From Candidatus Saccharimonadales bacterium (GTDB taxonomy: Bacteria > Patescibacteriota > Saccharimonadia > Saccharimonadales > JACDBH01): DNA of 64,000 bases. The notes beneath the pieces were generated by a model. It was not told where the DNA came from and did no database searches. It was given only the letters and a program-made list of their open reading frames with translations. Positions 1 through 10,357 of this stretch are shown in pieces. The position numbers and the translations under genes were made by a program. The DNA is taken from the NCBI GenBank assembly GCA_041752595.1, contig JBGSWE010000007.1, positions 76,692-140,691 on the forward strand, read 5' to 3'. Numbering within the stretch: position 1 is the stretch's first letter; each line of letters begins with the position of its first letter.

Positions 1-1
1 T

Positions 2-307
2 TTGTTAGAACAATCAACTTTAATTGCTAGTACTCTTAGAATTATTGGTGTAGTTGCCGGTTTGTTTGGTTTAATTTTTACAGCCTGGTTAATTTATAGG
101 TTTGCAGCAACTCAACCCGAACCTACAATGACAGACGAAGAAGCGAAACTGCTTCACGAAACAGCATCATCCAAAGGCTTACATGCGGCCCCACCAGAAC
201 ACTTCAAACAAATTAGTGAAGGTAATCTATATCCAACGCCACTTAGCGGCCGCCTGGCCGAAAGACCACCAACTTCTAAAAAAGATGAAGAGAAGCCACT
301 AGTATAG
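2..307 (+). CDS. C-terminal part of a hypothetical membrane protein (partial at window edge)
   Basis: ORF runs from window edge; hydrophobic N-terminal stretch; no recognisable motif. Confidence 0.3.
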   Translation: MLEQSTLIASTLRIIGVVAGLFGLIFTAWLIYRFAATQPEPTMTDEEAKLLHETASSKGLHAAPPEHFKQISEGNLYPTPLSGRLAERPPTSKKDEEKPLV

Positions 308-2167
308 TGCAGCGTCTTTGGGCATTTTAGAACCAGTCAAAATCGAAATTACTTCTTCTGCTTCTATTGTTTCTTTTTTTAGCAAAGCATCTTTGAGCTC
401 TTCGAGTTTGGTTAAGTTTGCTTTAATCACAATACGTGCCCTGTTAGCCGCTTCTGTAATTAGACTTTCAACTTCGTCATCAATAATCTTTGCTGTTTCA
501 TCAGAATAAACCTTGTCGTGCATCATACGATCCATCATCATACCTTCTTCAGTGTGAAATACTTGGTCGCGTAGTTTCTTGCCCATTCCTTGGTTTGTAA
601 TCATTTCTCTAGCTAGTTCTGCAGCTTTTTGTAAATCAGATCCCGCACCAGTAGTAACTCTATCAACCCCGTATTTTACTTCTTCAGCTATACGGCCACC
701 GAGCATTCTAGCAAGTACATCCTTGTATTCAATAATGCTGTGGTAGCTTTTGTCTTCTGGTGGAATAAACCAAGTTACACCGCCCGTACCGCCTCTTGGA
801 ATAATAGTAACCTTATGAACCATATCGCTATCTGGTAATACATGGCCGACAATTGCGTGGCCGGCTTCGTGATAGGCGGTTAGCTCTTTTTCTTTTTCTG
901 ACATAATTCTAGATTTTCGTTCAGGACCAATTGCTACTTTTTCGAATGCACTTGTCACGTCGTCTTGACTAATCTCTTTACGATTATTGCGTGCAGTTAG
1001 GATTGCTGCTTCGTTAGCTATGTTACCTAGGTCTGCTCCAGAACTTCCAGCAGATTTTGCTGCAAGCGAATCAAGATCAACACTTTTAGCTAGTGGTTTT
1101 TTGGCAAAATGAATTTTAAGAATTGCTGCGCGGTCTTTACGATCTGGCAAACCAATATTTACTCTTCTGTCAAAACGACCCGGACGGAGTAGTGCTGGAT
1201 CAAGCACATCAGCACGGTTAGTAGCAGCTAAGACAATAACATTGGCGCCTTGTTCAAAACCATCCATCTCAACCAAAATCTGGTTAAGAGTTTGTTCGCG
1301 CTCATCATGGCCTCCACCCATACCACTACCACGCTTGCGACCAACTGCATCAATTTCGTCAACAAATATAATACACGGGGCGTTCTTTTTGGCTTTTGCG
1401 AATAAATCACGAACCCTGGAGGCGCCAACACCAACAAACATCTCCACAAATTCAGAACCTGAAATACTAAAGAACGGGGTGTTAGCTTCGCCGGCAACAG
1501 CACGAGCTAACATAGTTTTACCAGTACCTGGAGGGCCCACTAGTAGTACACCCTTAGGAATTTTGGCACCGAGTTCTTCGAATTTTTTAGGAAATTTAAG
1601 AAACTCAACTACTTCGGCTAAATCTTGTTTGGCTTCTTCGGAACCAGCAATATCGCTAAACATAACTTTGTCTTTTTCGTTGCCATAAAGTTTTGCTTTG
1701 CTTTTACCAAAGCTCATAGCTTGGTTACCCTGCCCCTGGGCGCTCCTGAGCATAAAGAACAAAATGAAACCAATTAATATAACTGGTAGAAGCGATATAC
1801 CAAGCTGAGCCCAAATACCACCACCTTCAGATGGTTGCTCAAACTGTACGACAACCTTACTTGTATCTAGTCCGTCGTCAGCTAATGTTGCGTTGGGATC
1901 ACGCTGTGTTTTTAGAGTGGCATCATCTTTTTCGTTTTCAGTAATTTGTACATTAGATCCAGCAACCACCCATTTCTTGTGTTTGCCTTCATTTGCATCA
2001 GATATTGCTTGACTGTAAGGTATCTCGTCTAACTTACTTGGTTGGTTATAGGCCGCAAATATTACAGCCCCAATCAAGATTATCATTGCAACAAAGCCAA
2101 TATTCTTGAAGTTGTTACTTGGTTTCTTCCCCCCAGATTTTTTCGAACTAAACGGCTTTTTATCCAT
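299..2167 (-). CDS. ftsH: ATP-dependent zinc metalloprotease FtsH
   Basis: N-terminal TM segments; AAA+ Walker A GPPGTGKT; Zn-binding HEAGHA motif; 622 aa. Confidence 0.95.
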   Translation of the reverse strand: MDKKPFSSKKSGGKKPSNNFKNIGFVAMIILIGAVIFAAYNQPSKLDEIPYSQAISDANEGKHKKWVVAGSNVQITENEKDDATLKTQRDPNATLADDGLDTSKVVVQFEQPSEGGGIWAQLGISLLPVILIGFILFFMLRSAQGQGNQAMSFGKSKAKLYGNEKDKVMFSDIAGSEEAKQDLAEVVEFLKFPKKFEELGAKIPKGVLLVGPPGTGKTMLARAVAGEANTPFFSISGSEFVEMFVGVGASRVRDLFAKAKKNAPCIIFVDEIDAVGRKRGSGMGGGHDEREQTLNQILVEMDGFEQGANVIVLAATNRADVLDPALLRPGRFDRRVNIGLPDRKDRAAILKIHFAKKPLAKSVDLDSLAAKSAGSSGADLGNIANEAAILTARNNRKEISQDDVTSAFEKVAIGPERKSRIMSEKEKELTAYHEAGHAIVGHVLPDSDMVHKVTIIPRGGTGGVTWFIPPEDKSYHSIIEYKDVLARMLGGRIAEEVKYGVDRVTTGAGSDLQKAAELAREMITNQGMGKKLRDQVFHTEEGMMMDRMMHDKVYSDETAKIIDDEVESLITEAANRARIVIKANLTKLEELKDALLKKETIEAEEVISILTGSKMPKDAALY

Positions 2168-2223
2168 AAGACACTATTATACAGATGTCGTAGCTCTTCG
2201 GCTACAGCTTTAGTTTTTCTATG

Positions 2224-3141
2224 CTAAACAGTTTTAAATTCTGCCCTTGTTTTTGTAAAAGAAACTTTAGATTTTGAATCTAGTAAAAGTTCTGTGTTTG
2301 GTTGAGCGGTTCGAACAGCAATCGTTAATCTATCTACCAACCATCTGGATAACTGTCTTTTGCCGTTTTGGCGAAGCCATTCAGCAACTAATTCTGTGGC
2401 AACCTGGTATGGCAATACCGACACATCTAGCCGTCTGAGGCTTTGCCTACTTGGTTGAGTATGTAAAATCGTATCCAACGATTGGTCTATGGCGTTATTT
2501 AGGTCCCGCTGTCTTCTAATGAGTGCTACGAGTTTATTATAATCTCCAACAGATTTTGCTTTGGCCTTAGGTACTATCGTATGGCGGACATAATTACGTT
2601 TATAGTCTTGGTTGTCATTGGTGCTGTCTTCGTTCCAGACAAGACCATTTGATTCAGCATAAGCGCGTAGTTTTTGCTTTGGAATATGAGCAATAGGTCG
2701 AATTATTCCATCGCTCGATTTTAATGACGACATACCCTTGCGACCAGTTCCACGCATAATATTTAAAATCGCCGTTTCAATTACGTCATCCATATGGTGG
2801 GCGGTAATAACCCCCCTGGCACCACTGTGTTGTTGGACTTTTCTTAAAAACTTATATCGTGCTTCCCTGGACGTAGCTTCACTTGCCCCGGCACCTAGTT
2901 GGCCTTCTTCAAAAACAAATGGCAATTTATGTCGGTTTGCTTCTTCATGAACAAGCAACCTATCAATATGAGATATGTCACGAATTCCATGATCAAAATG
3001 CGCCACCGTAAATCGTACATCAGACTCTTTGTGTGGATATAATTTGACCAAGATGTCTAAGAGAGCCACCGAATCAACTCCACCACTAACTGCAACTACA
3101 TAATGACCTGGCTCTAGCTTGATAGTTTTAGTTATATCCAT
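2224..3141 (-). CDS. tilS: tRNA(Ile)-lysidine synthetase
   Basis: PP-loop SGGVDS motif near N-terminus; length and architecture of TilS. Confidence 0.85.
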   Translation of the reverse strand: MDITKTIKLEPGHYVVAVSGGVDSVALLDILVKLYPHKESDVRFTVAHFDHGIRDISHIDRLLVHEEANRHKLPFVFEEGQLGAGASEATSREARYKFLRKVQQHSGARGVITAHHMDDVIETAILNIMRGTGRKGMSSLKSSDGIIRPIAHIPKQKLRAYAESNGLVWNEDSTNDNQDYKRNYVRHTIVPKAKAKSVGDYNKLVALIRRQRDLNNAIDQSLDTILHTQPSRQSLRRLDVSVLPYQVATELVAEWLRQNGKRQLSRWLVDRLTIAVRTAQPNTELLLDSKSKVSFTKTRAEFKTV

Positions 3142-3183
3142 GCTAAATATAGTATAGTTTATGAACTGTAAAATGCTTATACT

Positions 3184-3630
3184 TTATGCTTCAGGAAAGT
3201 AAGCACACCCGGTTCGGTACGCTTCTATGTAGTTATTCATGCAAGCAAATAAATTAACTGGTAAATCGTCCATCGGATACCAGCCCCATGATTCTAGCTT
3301 ATCTGGTTCTGTTACTTCTGGCTCGCCTGATTCCCATTCTGCAACCATTCCTATATCTACATAATGCTTCGGCAAGTACTTGCGCAGATTCGTGATACAA
3401 AGAAATCGCAGGTCTTTAATCACTATTTCTTCGCCGGCTTCTTCTCTAAGCTCACGAATTATGCTGTCTTCAAAAGATTCGTCATATTCAAAATGACCAC
3501 CCGGTCCACCAAACTCTCCTGCCCCGTGTGAACTCTTACGCTGGCCCAACATGATAAGATCGTTTTTTACAATCAGTAAGCCAATACCTACCTGTGGTCG
3601 TCCAAATTCACTCATTGAGATAGTGTACAC
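3184..3630 (-). CDS. NUDIX hydrolase
   Basis: Nudix box GGHFEYDESFEDSIIRELREEAGEE (GX5EX7REUXEEXGU). Confidence 0.85.
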   Translation of the reverse strand: MYTISMSEFGRPQVGIGLLIVKNDLIMLGQRKSSHGAGEFGGPGGHFEYDESFEDSIIRELREEAGEEIVIKDLRFLCITNLRKYLPKHYVDIGMVAEWESGEPEVTEPDKLESWGWYPMDDLPVNLFACMNNYIEAYRTGCAYFPEA

Positions 3631-3676
3631 TCTTTAGAATATATTAAAAAACCCACACAAAGTGGGATTTTTAATA

Positions 3677-3753
3677 TGGTAGCGATGACTGGATTTGAAC
3701 CAGTGACCCCAGGCTTATGAGTCCTGTGCTCTAACCAACTGAGCTACATCGCC
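3677..3753 (-). tRNA. tRNA-Met (anticodon CAU), elongator type, CCA encoded
   Basis: Reverse complement folds as cloverleaf: 7-bp acceptor stem (G1-U72), D-arm GTAGCTCAGTTGGTTAGAGCA, anticodon loop CTCATAA, T-arm GGTTCAAATCC. Strongly resembles E. coli metT. C11:G24 elongator feature. Confidence 0.8.
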
Positions 3754-4046
3754 TCATCGTTTTGGAAAACCTAGCTTCCCTCTTTCTAGTCCGATCCGCT
3801 GAACGGCGAAATTTTTCAGATTCGCATAAGACAAAGTTCATTTTAACATGTTTTGTATCTGTTAGCTAGATTCTTGTTTTTGGTTTTTAATAATTTTTTA
3901 TCAACCAGTATGACAAAAAGACTTCAAAATGTTGCCTTAACACTTTATAATCAGTTACAGTACAATCAAAGCATCAAGGTGTTACAATATCAATATATTT
4001 GCAAGCAATGTATTATTCATACCTGCTAAGGGGACGAGTTTAGACT

Positions 4047-5138
4047 ATGGGACTATTCGATAAAATTAAAGACAACGCCAAGACTATTAGCATGAAAGCC
4101 TTTGAGACTATTGAAGAAGAAGGTGCTGTTGAAGGTGTTAATAATACCGTACAACCAACCAAGACAAATGCCAATACAGACTCAAAAACTAGTCCTGAGC
4201 CCGTTAAAGAAGTGGTAAACGACACTGAAACCGACAAAGTTGCTGTGGCTGAAATTTTAGCTGAAGTAGAGACCACGATCGAAACTGAGCCACAACCAGA
4301 AAATGAAGAAATAGTTACTGAGGTTGAAGACGCCGACATTTTTGAAGTAGCCAATGAAGCGCTAGAAGAACCGCCCACAACACCTGAGGTTGTTGAAAAA
4401 GTCGAACTACCCAAAGCAATAATTACAAAACCAGATAAGCCAGAAAAGTCAGTTAAAACTGCTGTAAAAGAACCGGTAAAACTAACCGTTAAACAGGCCC
4501 CTCAAAATACCACACCAGCTAACCAGGAAGAATATATTCCCTATTACAAAAAGGATATGGCCAAAACTTCTAACGGGAAACGCATAATTGATGTCGAAAA
4601 AGTGCTGGCGACTGGTACAAACCGAGACATTAAGCGGCAAAAAGTTGAGGACCCAGAAAAACGAGCGATCTTAAACCGTGAAAGAAACGCGATTATTGAA
4701 CTGTCTAACCAAAGACGCCTAGAAGGCAAAATCGCCCTCTACACTACATCACATCTTAATTTCAAAACTCGCGTATTTATTAACCGAATAGAGTATAGCG
4801 GTACTTTTGGTAAGAATGTTTTGCCTATCGAACAAGTAGCCTGGATTCGCTTACGCCACGGTGGAACTGGTGTAATGATAGAAACAACCGAAGGCAAAAA
4901 AGTCGTTATGGTAATTGGTCAAAAAGACCGCCTAGCCTTTGCCGACGCAGTCATGAAAATGCAATCGTTAATACCAAAAGTGCGCAAACTAAAAGATGAT
5001 AAAACTGTTCGTTTAGATCTTATGGATAAGCTCAGTGAAGACGTCGATGACATCGAACGAATTGCAAGTTTGTACAAACGAGGTCTAATAACAAAATCAG
5101 AGTTTGAACTTAAGAAAAAACAAATCTTAGATCTTTAA
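4047..5138 (+). CDS. hypothetical protein, acidic N-terminal region, bacterial PH-like middle, C-terminal SHOCT-like motif
   Basis: C-terminus LYKRGLITKSEFELKKKQIL resembles SHOCT; no catalytic motif. Confidence 0.5.
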   Translation: MGLFDKIKDNAKTISMKAFETIEEEGAVEGVNNTVQPTKTNANTDSKTSPEPVKEVVNDTETDKVAVAEILAEVETTIETEPQPENEEIVTEVEDADIFEVANEALEEPPTTPEVVEKVELPKAIITKPDKPEKSVKTAVKEPVKLTVKQAPQNTTPANQEEYIPYYKKDMAKTSNGKRIIDVEKVLATGTNRDIKRQKVEDPEKRAILNRERNAIIELSNQRRLEGKIALYTTSHLNFKTRVFINRIEYSGTFGKNVLPIEQVAWIRLRHGGTGVMIETTEGKKVVMVIGQKDRLAFADAVMKMQSLIPKVRKLKDDKTVRLDLMDKLSEDVDDIERIASLYKRGLITKSEFELKKKQILDL

Positions 5139-5530
5139 AACCTTTATAATTGCGCTATTTGTTCATCAATTGCTAGTATTGATGCGTCATTAGTTGGTAA
5201 AAGTTCGTAGTTAATTGTGTTAAACATTTTTTGGTCCTTTTTGTTTTTATTTTTGCCAATATTGATTTTTATGACAATAGCTACATTATAGCAAAAGTTT
5301 GTTAGTTTGTCAATATTGTTTATGTTTATTGTTATAATTAACTGATTAAACCTGTAAAATAAGTTGCTATATTAACGTAATAATGCTTTACTACCTTTGC
5401 AGGTTATATCTGTTCTTAACTAGCTAAACATGAATGTTCGCCTCGTTTAAACGCAGGAAGAGTTCGATAAAGTCCACTAGAATAAGTTCAGTAAGAAAGT
5501 TTGGTCGATCACTCTGCGTTTAAAAAATCG

Positions 5531-5557
5531 GATACTTACTTTTAAATAGTAAGTATC
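5531..5557 (+). promoter_or_regulatory. perfect 10-bp stem hairpin in 5' UTR immediately upstream of RBS of RRM gene
   Basis: gatacttact / agtaagtatc inverted repeat, followed by aaggaaat RBS and ATG at 5573. Confidence 0.4.
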
Positions 5558-5572
5558 AGTACAAGGAAATAG

Positions 5573-5878
5573 ATGTACAAATTATTTGTAGGCGGCTTGC
5601 CGTTTGCTACCACCGAAGATGAACTTCGCGACATGTTCGCAGTTCATGGTGCAGTAGCATCAGCAATTGTCGTCAAAGACCGCGATACCGGTCGTAGCAA
5701 GGGATTCGGCTTTGTCGAGTTCGAGAGCGACGACGAAGGTAAAGCTGCCGAAAAGGCCCTTAACGGGTCTGACATGGGCGGCCGTTCTATCACTGTTAAC
5801 GAGGCTCGTCCTCGTGAGGAGCGTCCTCGACGCGACTACAACGGTGGTGGTAATGGTGGTGGCAACCGAAGCTGGTAA
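5573..5878 (+). CDS. glycine-rich RNA-binding protein with RRM domain
   Basis: RNP-1 like KGFGFVEF, RNP-2 like LFVGGL, Gly-rich tail; locally elevated GC. Confidence 0.85.
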   Translation: MYKLFVGGLPFATTEDELRDMFAVHGAVASAIVVKDRDTGRSKGFGFVEFESDDEGKAAEKALNGSDMGGRSITVNEARPREERPRRDYNGGGNGGGNRSW

Positions 5879-5901
5879 ATTACTAGCTCTTGCACCCAAA
5901 T

Positions 5902-5933
5902 AAAATACCCCTCATTGAGGGGTATTTTATTTT
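5902..5933. terminator. Rho-independent terminator (bidirectional, between convergent genes)
   Basis: aaaatacccctc-attg-gaggggtatttt hairpin flanked by A and T runs. Confidence 0.8.
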
Positions 5934-5942
5934 ATAAAGCTA

Positions 5943-6629
5943 TTACTTTTTTCTTAATGTAAGCCCAATACCAGCTATGCCAAGTACGGCAGCAGCAATT
6001 GCAACGTAGAGTGCTTGATCGGCAGCTTTGTCGGCATCAGCCGCTGCGGTTTGTGCACGAGCAACCTCTATTTGAGCTTCAGTTTCTGTAACTACTTTGG
6101 TAACTGAAAACGGTCCAGATGTAGAAAAATCTGGAGAGCCATCCTCTTGCTTAGGTTGTTCAGCTTCGGTTTTATCCCAAGCTACTACAACACCGTCGGC
6201 GTAAGTTTGGTAGGCCTTCCACTGTAACTCTGTTGCACTATCAGGAACTTTTGCACTAAAGCTAAATTCATCTCTAAAGCCTTTAAGTATTAGTCCGTCA
6301 CTCCAGGTAATAGACGTTATTTTAGATTCACTATGCTCTTTATCAACTTCTTCACTTTTATCGCTTGGGGTTGTCTCGGTTGTTATAGTCCAACCGGCCT
6401 TTGTTGTTGGTGTTACGTACTGAAGTCCTTCAGGGATAGCCAACTTAATTTGAGTTGTTGCCACTTCTCTTTCATTTGGTGTACCAATAGAAAAAGTAGT
6501 AAAAGATGATGTCTTGACTTCACCCGGACGTACAACCACATGGGCAGCAGCCGAACCAGCCATTAACAGACTTAGGCTTAGGGCCATAATTCCAACACCA
6601 CTTACTTTTTTAATCAAACTAATCATCAA
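5943..6629 (-). CDS. YcnI-like (DUF1775) copper-binding cell-surface protein
   Basis: Signal peptide then mature N-terminal HVVVRP (His-first motif of YcnI/DUF1775), C-terminal TM anchor. Confidence 0.65.
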   Translation of the reverse strand: MMISLIKKVSGVGIMALSLSLLMAGSAAAHVVVRPGEVKTSSFTTFSIGTPNEREVATTQIKLAIPEGLQYVTPTTKAGWTITTETTPSDKSEEVDKEHSESKITSITWSDGLILKGFRDEFSFSAKVPDSATELQWKAYQTYADGVVVAWDKTEAEQPKQEDGSPDFSTSGPFSVTKVVTETEAQIEVARAQTAAADADKAADQALYVAIAAAVLGIAGIGLTLRKK

Positions 6630-6647
6630 AAAACTCCCTTTATATTC

Positions 6648-7196
6648 TTATTTAGTATATCTTATCATATCTTTGCGCCTATTAAACACAGCAACAATTA
6701 CAACTCCTAGGATGACGAACGCAAAAATAAATCCCACCTCCGCCCAAGCATACCTCGGCTCATCGAGAGCCGAAGCCGTAATACCCCTATTCACACTCTG
6801 AGAATAGCGAAAAATTACTGGTTTTTGCTCTAATCTGTTCGCATCATAAATCGGTGTTGCCCTTAATTCTAAAGTGTAGGTACCTTGGACTGGAAATACA
6901 TATAACGCGCTAACCGATTGGCTACCGATTGGGTTGGTTGAAGCCTGGGTTTGCATGTTTGACGCATCAATTATATATAGTCTGTAGTTGTGTGTTTCGG
7001 TGCTTAGTTTCGTATCCTTGATATCAAAATACATACTTGCAAGTTCACCAGCAACTGGGTCATCATCCGGTGTAAGGTGCATAATGACTCCGCTGGTTCC
7101 TGTCTCGTTTGTAAAGAAAACGTGCGCAGATGATTGCTTTGGAATAAGCAAACAAATCAGGAGTGTAGCTAAGAATAAAAGACTAAAGCGTTTCAT
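6648..7196 (-). CDS. CopC-like copper chaperone domain protein with C-terminal TM
   Basis: Signal peptide, mature N-terminus starts with His (AHVFF...), beta-rich region, C-terminal TM; position between ycnI-like and copD-like. Confidence 0.5.
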   Translation of the reverse strand: MKRFSLLFLATLLICLLIPKQSSAHVFFTNETGTSGVIMHLTPDDDPVAGELASMYFDIKDTKLSTETHNYRLYIIDASNMQTQASTNPIGSQSVSALYVFPVQGTYTLELRATPIYDANRLEQKPVIFRYSQSVNRGITASALDEPRYAWAEVGFIFAFVILGVVIVAVFNRRKDMIRYTK

Positions 7197-8027
7197 TTAA
7201 TGACCGCTCCCATTATTTATGTGATTTTCATGATTGCCATCTACTAATCGTGGTAGATAGGCAATAAATACGACTGACCATGCAAAAAATGTGATGAAGT
7301 ATGCAATTAAAGCTACCTGCCCCGCCCCTTTTAATTTCTTCTGCAAATTACGGGCGGCTCGATACGACTCCAACCCAGCCAGCACCACAAGAGCCAAAAA
7401 CAGTGACCAACGAACCCACGAATAACCTATGTGCGTACCAATCATCCAAACATGTAAAAAGACCAATATTGCTGCGACATAGCTTGTACGATGTAGCCAC
7501 TTCCATCTGGTATAGGTCATAAATCTAATCACGCTATCAAAAGATGTTGCAGCCATAATTAGCAAAAATATTAAAGTAATTCCGCCAAATATAACTGCTT
7601 GCTGAAAGCGCCAAGGCAAAAGTAGCAAATTACCGATTCCCCCTAATTGTCCAAAAACACCAAACAACATGTGTAGCAGTGCAAAATAGGCAGCAGACAC
7701 CCCAAAGGCTCTGCGTGCAAACAAATACTGTTTCATGAATCCGTCTTTGCCAAAAATACTACTTAGCGGCGAGGCAATCAGGGCTAAATACCAAAAGAAT
7801 AGTGCTGTAAAACCAAAAACCTGCTGAACACGAATTACATATAGCGTCGAGCTGATGATTTCTGTTCTTAGATATGTCACAACCATAATGCTAAACAGGG
7901 CGCTTATTAGCAAAATATAAAAGCGGCTGTTATTTATTAACAAACCAGGTCGTCTGGCAGATCTTGGCTTTTTTTCGCGTCTCATTACTAGCATAAGTAT
8001 ACTATGCATCTTAAATTGATAACTCAA
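7197..8027 (-). CDS. CopD-like / ferric-reductase-like polytopic membrane protein
   Basis: About 8 TM helices, conserved His pair spaced 13 residues (HRTSY...FLHVW); gene abuts copC-like. Confidence 0.45.
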   Translation of the reverse strand: MSYQFKMHSILMLVMRREKKPRSARRPGLLINNSRFYILLISALFSIMVVTYLRTEIISSTLYVIRVQQVFGFTALFFWYLALIASPLSSIFGKDGFMKQYLFARRAFGVSAAYFALLHMLFGVFGQLGGIGNLLLLPWRFQQAVIFGGITLIFLLIMAATSFDSVIRFMTYTRWKWLHRTSYVAAILVFLHVWMIGTHIGYSWVRWSLFLALVVLAGLESYRAARNLQKKLKGAGQVALIAYFITFFAWSVVFIAYLPRLVDGNHENHINNGSGH

Positions 8028-8107
8028 TAAGACTGTTAGTGTAAAAGAAAATATCCCAGGGTTTTATAAGCGTTTTTGAGGCGCTAACCTGGGACACGTT
8101 CCTGTTC

Positions 8108-8728
8108 TTAGAAGAGTTGATTGCCAAGAGCCATCAGCCCGTAGACTTGAGCTACAGTACCAATAACTACTAGCGGAATGACAATACGACGATGGAGCTC
8201 CAAGATGCCGGCAGCACACATCACAAAACCAGTGGCGTATAGCAGTACCAAAAGGTAAACCACTCCTCGAATTCCCCAGCGACTAAAACGACTTTTAAGA
8301 TGTTTGTTGTCACGATGATCAACTAAAGCTTCGAGGATTTTGCGTGGTTTCTTGAATGCCTTTTTGCTCTTTTTATTACCCTTCGTCGACAGTACCCATT
8401 CAGTGAAATACCGACCAAGATGGTACCAGATTGGGTCAGCAACCATTAACCTCAGACTCGCTATTATCAGCAGAGCCCAAAAATTAACATTATCCACAAC
8501 GATAGGAATCAAGTACGGATCAGGATTGAGCCCAACTACAAGTAGTGGTACATCCTCAATGAAAGGTATTAGCGCCCTGCCAGTCCACGACAAAACAGAG
8601 AGAAAAATCAGCGCAATTGGCGCAAAAACTGGAAAATCTGGCTTAACGTGAGCTGGTAATTCTTGCAAGAGATCTGGTTGGTTGGGTTCGGAAATCGGCA
8701 CATCCTCATCTGGAATGTCGATTGTCAT
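8108..8728 (-). CDS. hypothetical membrane protein
   Basis: Several TM segments, basic loop; no confident family assignment. Confidence 0.4.
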   Translation of the reverse strand: MTIDIPDEDVPISEPNQPDLLQELPAHVKPDFPVFAPIALIFLSVLSWTGRALIPFIEDVPLLVVGLNPDPYLIPIVVDNVNFWALLIIASLRLMVADPIWYHLGRYFTEWVLSTKGNKKSKKAFKKPRKILEALVDHRDNKHLKSRFSRWGIRGVVYLLVLLYATGFVMCAAGILELHRRIVIPLVVIGTVAQVYGLMALGNQLF

Positions 8729-8901
8729 TTCTCACCTCATTGTTAAAGAAAGGGAACGTTAGCATTATTATATCAAAAAAACATTTTTTAAAATATTATT
8801 AATGCAATATCAATAATATTAACGTCTCCATTGACATAATTAACTTCTTAGGATACTATAAAACCTGCTTTCGTTGCGTTTATAAGCACAACGTCAAATA
8901 G

Positions 8902-8976
8902 CGCGGGGTGGAGCAGTGGCAGCTCGCGTGGCTCATAACCACGAGGTCCTAGGTTCGAGTCCTAGCCCCGCTACCA
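8902..8976 (+). tRNA. initiator-type tRNA-fMet (anticodon CAU), CCA encoded
   Basis: CGCGGGGTGGAGCAG 5' end as in bacterial initiator, C1xU72 mismatch, A11:U24, anticodon loop CTCATAA. Confidence 0.8.
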
Positions 8977-8983
8977 AGAAAAG

Positions 8984-9012
8984 AGACCCTATCTTAAGAT
9001 GGGTCTTTTTTC
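8984..9012 (+). terminator. Rho-independent terminator after tRNA-fMet
   Basis: agaccctatctt/aagatgggtct long hairpin followed by tttttt. Confidence 0.8.
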
Positions 9013-9058
9013 TTGGTCATGCTTGCATTCCAGATATTAGTTATTAAAATAAGCTACA

Positions 9059-9304
9059 ATGTTTGAAAATATACACAATATACTTCCTATAGCGAGTGAT
9101 CAGAAAACTGACCCTGAACTTGATTGGGTGCAATACCGACAAAAAAGAGCTATCGCTGAAGCCATGCTGTCGCTTGCTGTAACTTTGGATGAAAAATTAG
9201 ATGCTTCTTGTGCAGTAATGGAGGCAGACATGCTAGGCTTACGTGCGATGGCTGCTTTAAATAGTCGCGACAGAGAGCTAGGCTATATTCGCTTCAGTAT
9301 CTAG
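9059..9304 (+). CDS. hypothetical protein
   Basis: ORF only. Confidence 0.3.
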   Translation: MFENIHNILPIASDQKTDPELDWVQYRQKRAIAEAMLSLAVTLDEKLDASCAVMEADMLGLRAMAALNSRDRELGYIRFSI

Positions 9305-9355
9305 ATAATATATTTCGCTTGTTTGTTTATATTCAATCCAATAAATAACAATAGC

Positions 9356-9700
9356 TTAAGATAACCAATTGTCTGGATTTTTATCGTCTTCAGCTTGAAT
9401 TAATCTTCTTTGCTCATCTAATCTTCTTGCAATACGGCGAGCAATAGCTTCATTTAAGTTTAGTTCGGCTAATGGTCGGGGGGATACCGGCTCTTTAGGT
9501 TTTGTACGACCACTAGCAGGAATAGTTACGTCTATTTCTCCACGTGCTATTTTGTTCAAAAAACCTAGTATTTTTGGGTCTGTCCTGCCTTCGCGAAATG
9601 CTGCAGCCCTCTCCGAGCTTTCGGTGTACTCAAAATCTAGCCCGCTCAAAATAGCTTCGCTTGGATCAACTGGCTCGTTTGGTTCTAAGATTTCACCCAT
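9356..9700 (-). CDS. hypothetical protein
   Basis: ORF, charged, no motif. Confidence 0.4.
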   Translation of the reverse strand: MGEILEPNEPVDPSEAILSGLDFEYTESSERAAAFREGRTDPKILGFLNKIARGEIDVTIPASGRTKPKEPVSPRPLAELNLNEAIARRIARRLDEQRRLIQAEDDKNPDNWLS

Positions 9701-9852
9701 GAATCTAGCTTACTCACGGTAAATATTTTTGCAAGCATAAACAGAATACTAAATTATTTGATTACGTGTAATTATAGTTATATAATATTATTAAGTTTCT
9801 ACAATAGAAATCCTGCCATAGCAGTCACTATGGATGTTCTTTGGAGGTAAAA

Positions 9853-10197
9853 GTGAAAAAACTCTTCGGAGTACTCTTCATACTTGCTGGTATCGCCCTC
9901 GGGTTATACGTAGGTGGATACTTGCTATTCATCGGCGGAATCATCGATTTTGTTGATGGAGTGAAGGCAGAGCCAGTTGATAGTGAGCTGGTTGCTTGGG
10001 GAGTCGGAAAGATTGTATTCGCTAGCCTGATTGGTTGGGGAATATTTTTGGCTTGTTCCGGCATTGGAGTAGCATTACTTCAATCCAACGACTACCCAAA
10101 GCGTAATAGGCCTGGTGGCAATCGTACGAGCAGGGATATTGAGCGCGAATGGGCAAGAATGTCGAGAGAAAACGCCGACCCCGATTACGACAACTAA
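9853..10197 (+). CDS. small membrane protein (2 TM), basic C-terminus
   Basis: GTG at 9853 is 5 nt after GGAGG; two hydrophobic helices. Confidence 0.45.
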   Translation: MKKLFGVLFILAGIALGLYVGGYLLFIGGIIDFVDGVKAEPVDSELVAWGVGKIVFASLIGWGIFLACSGIGVALLQSNDYPKRNRPGGNRTSRDIEREWARMSRENADPDYDN

Positions 10198-10357
10198 ATC
10201 AATAACTCCAAAGAAACCCCAAATAAGTTGCAGAGGATGTAACAGTCCGTCTTATTTGGGTACCAGCGGCCTAAACTATATTTTTATAATATCTACTTAG
10301 GCCGCTTTTTCATTTATATCCCGTGAATAAGGTATAGAATATAATTAGGAGTTATTT

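Noticed and set aside
1242-1688. 148-aa plus-strand ORF inside ftsH
   Set aside because: Antisense to ftsH, Pro/Ser-rich nonsense-like translation.
4040-4414. 124-aa minus-strand Ser/Thr-rich ORF
   Set aside because: Antisense to the acidic N-terminal region of the 4047..5138 gene; low-complexity artefact.
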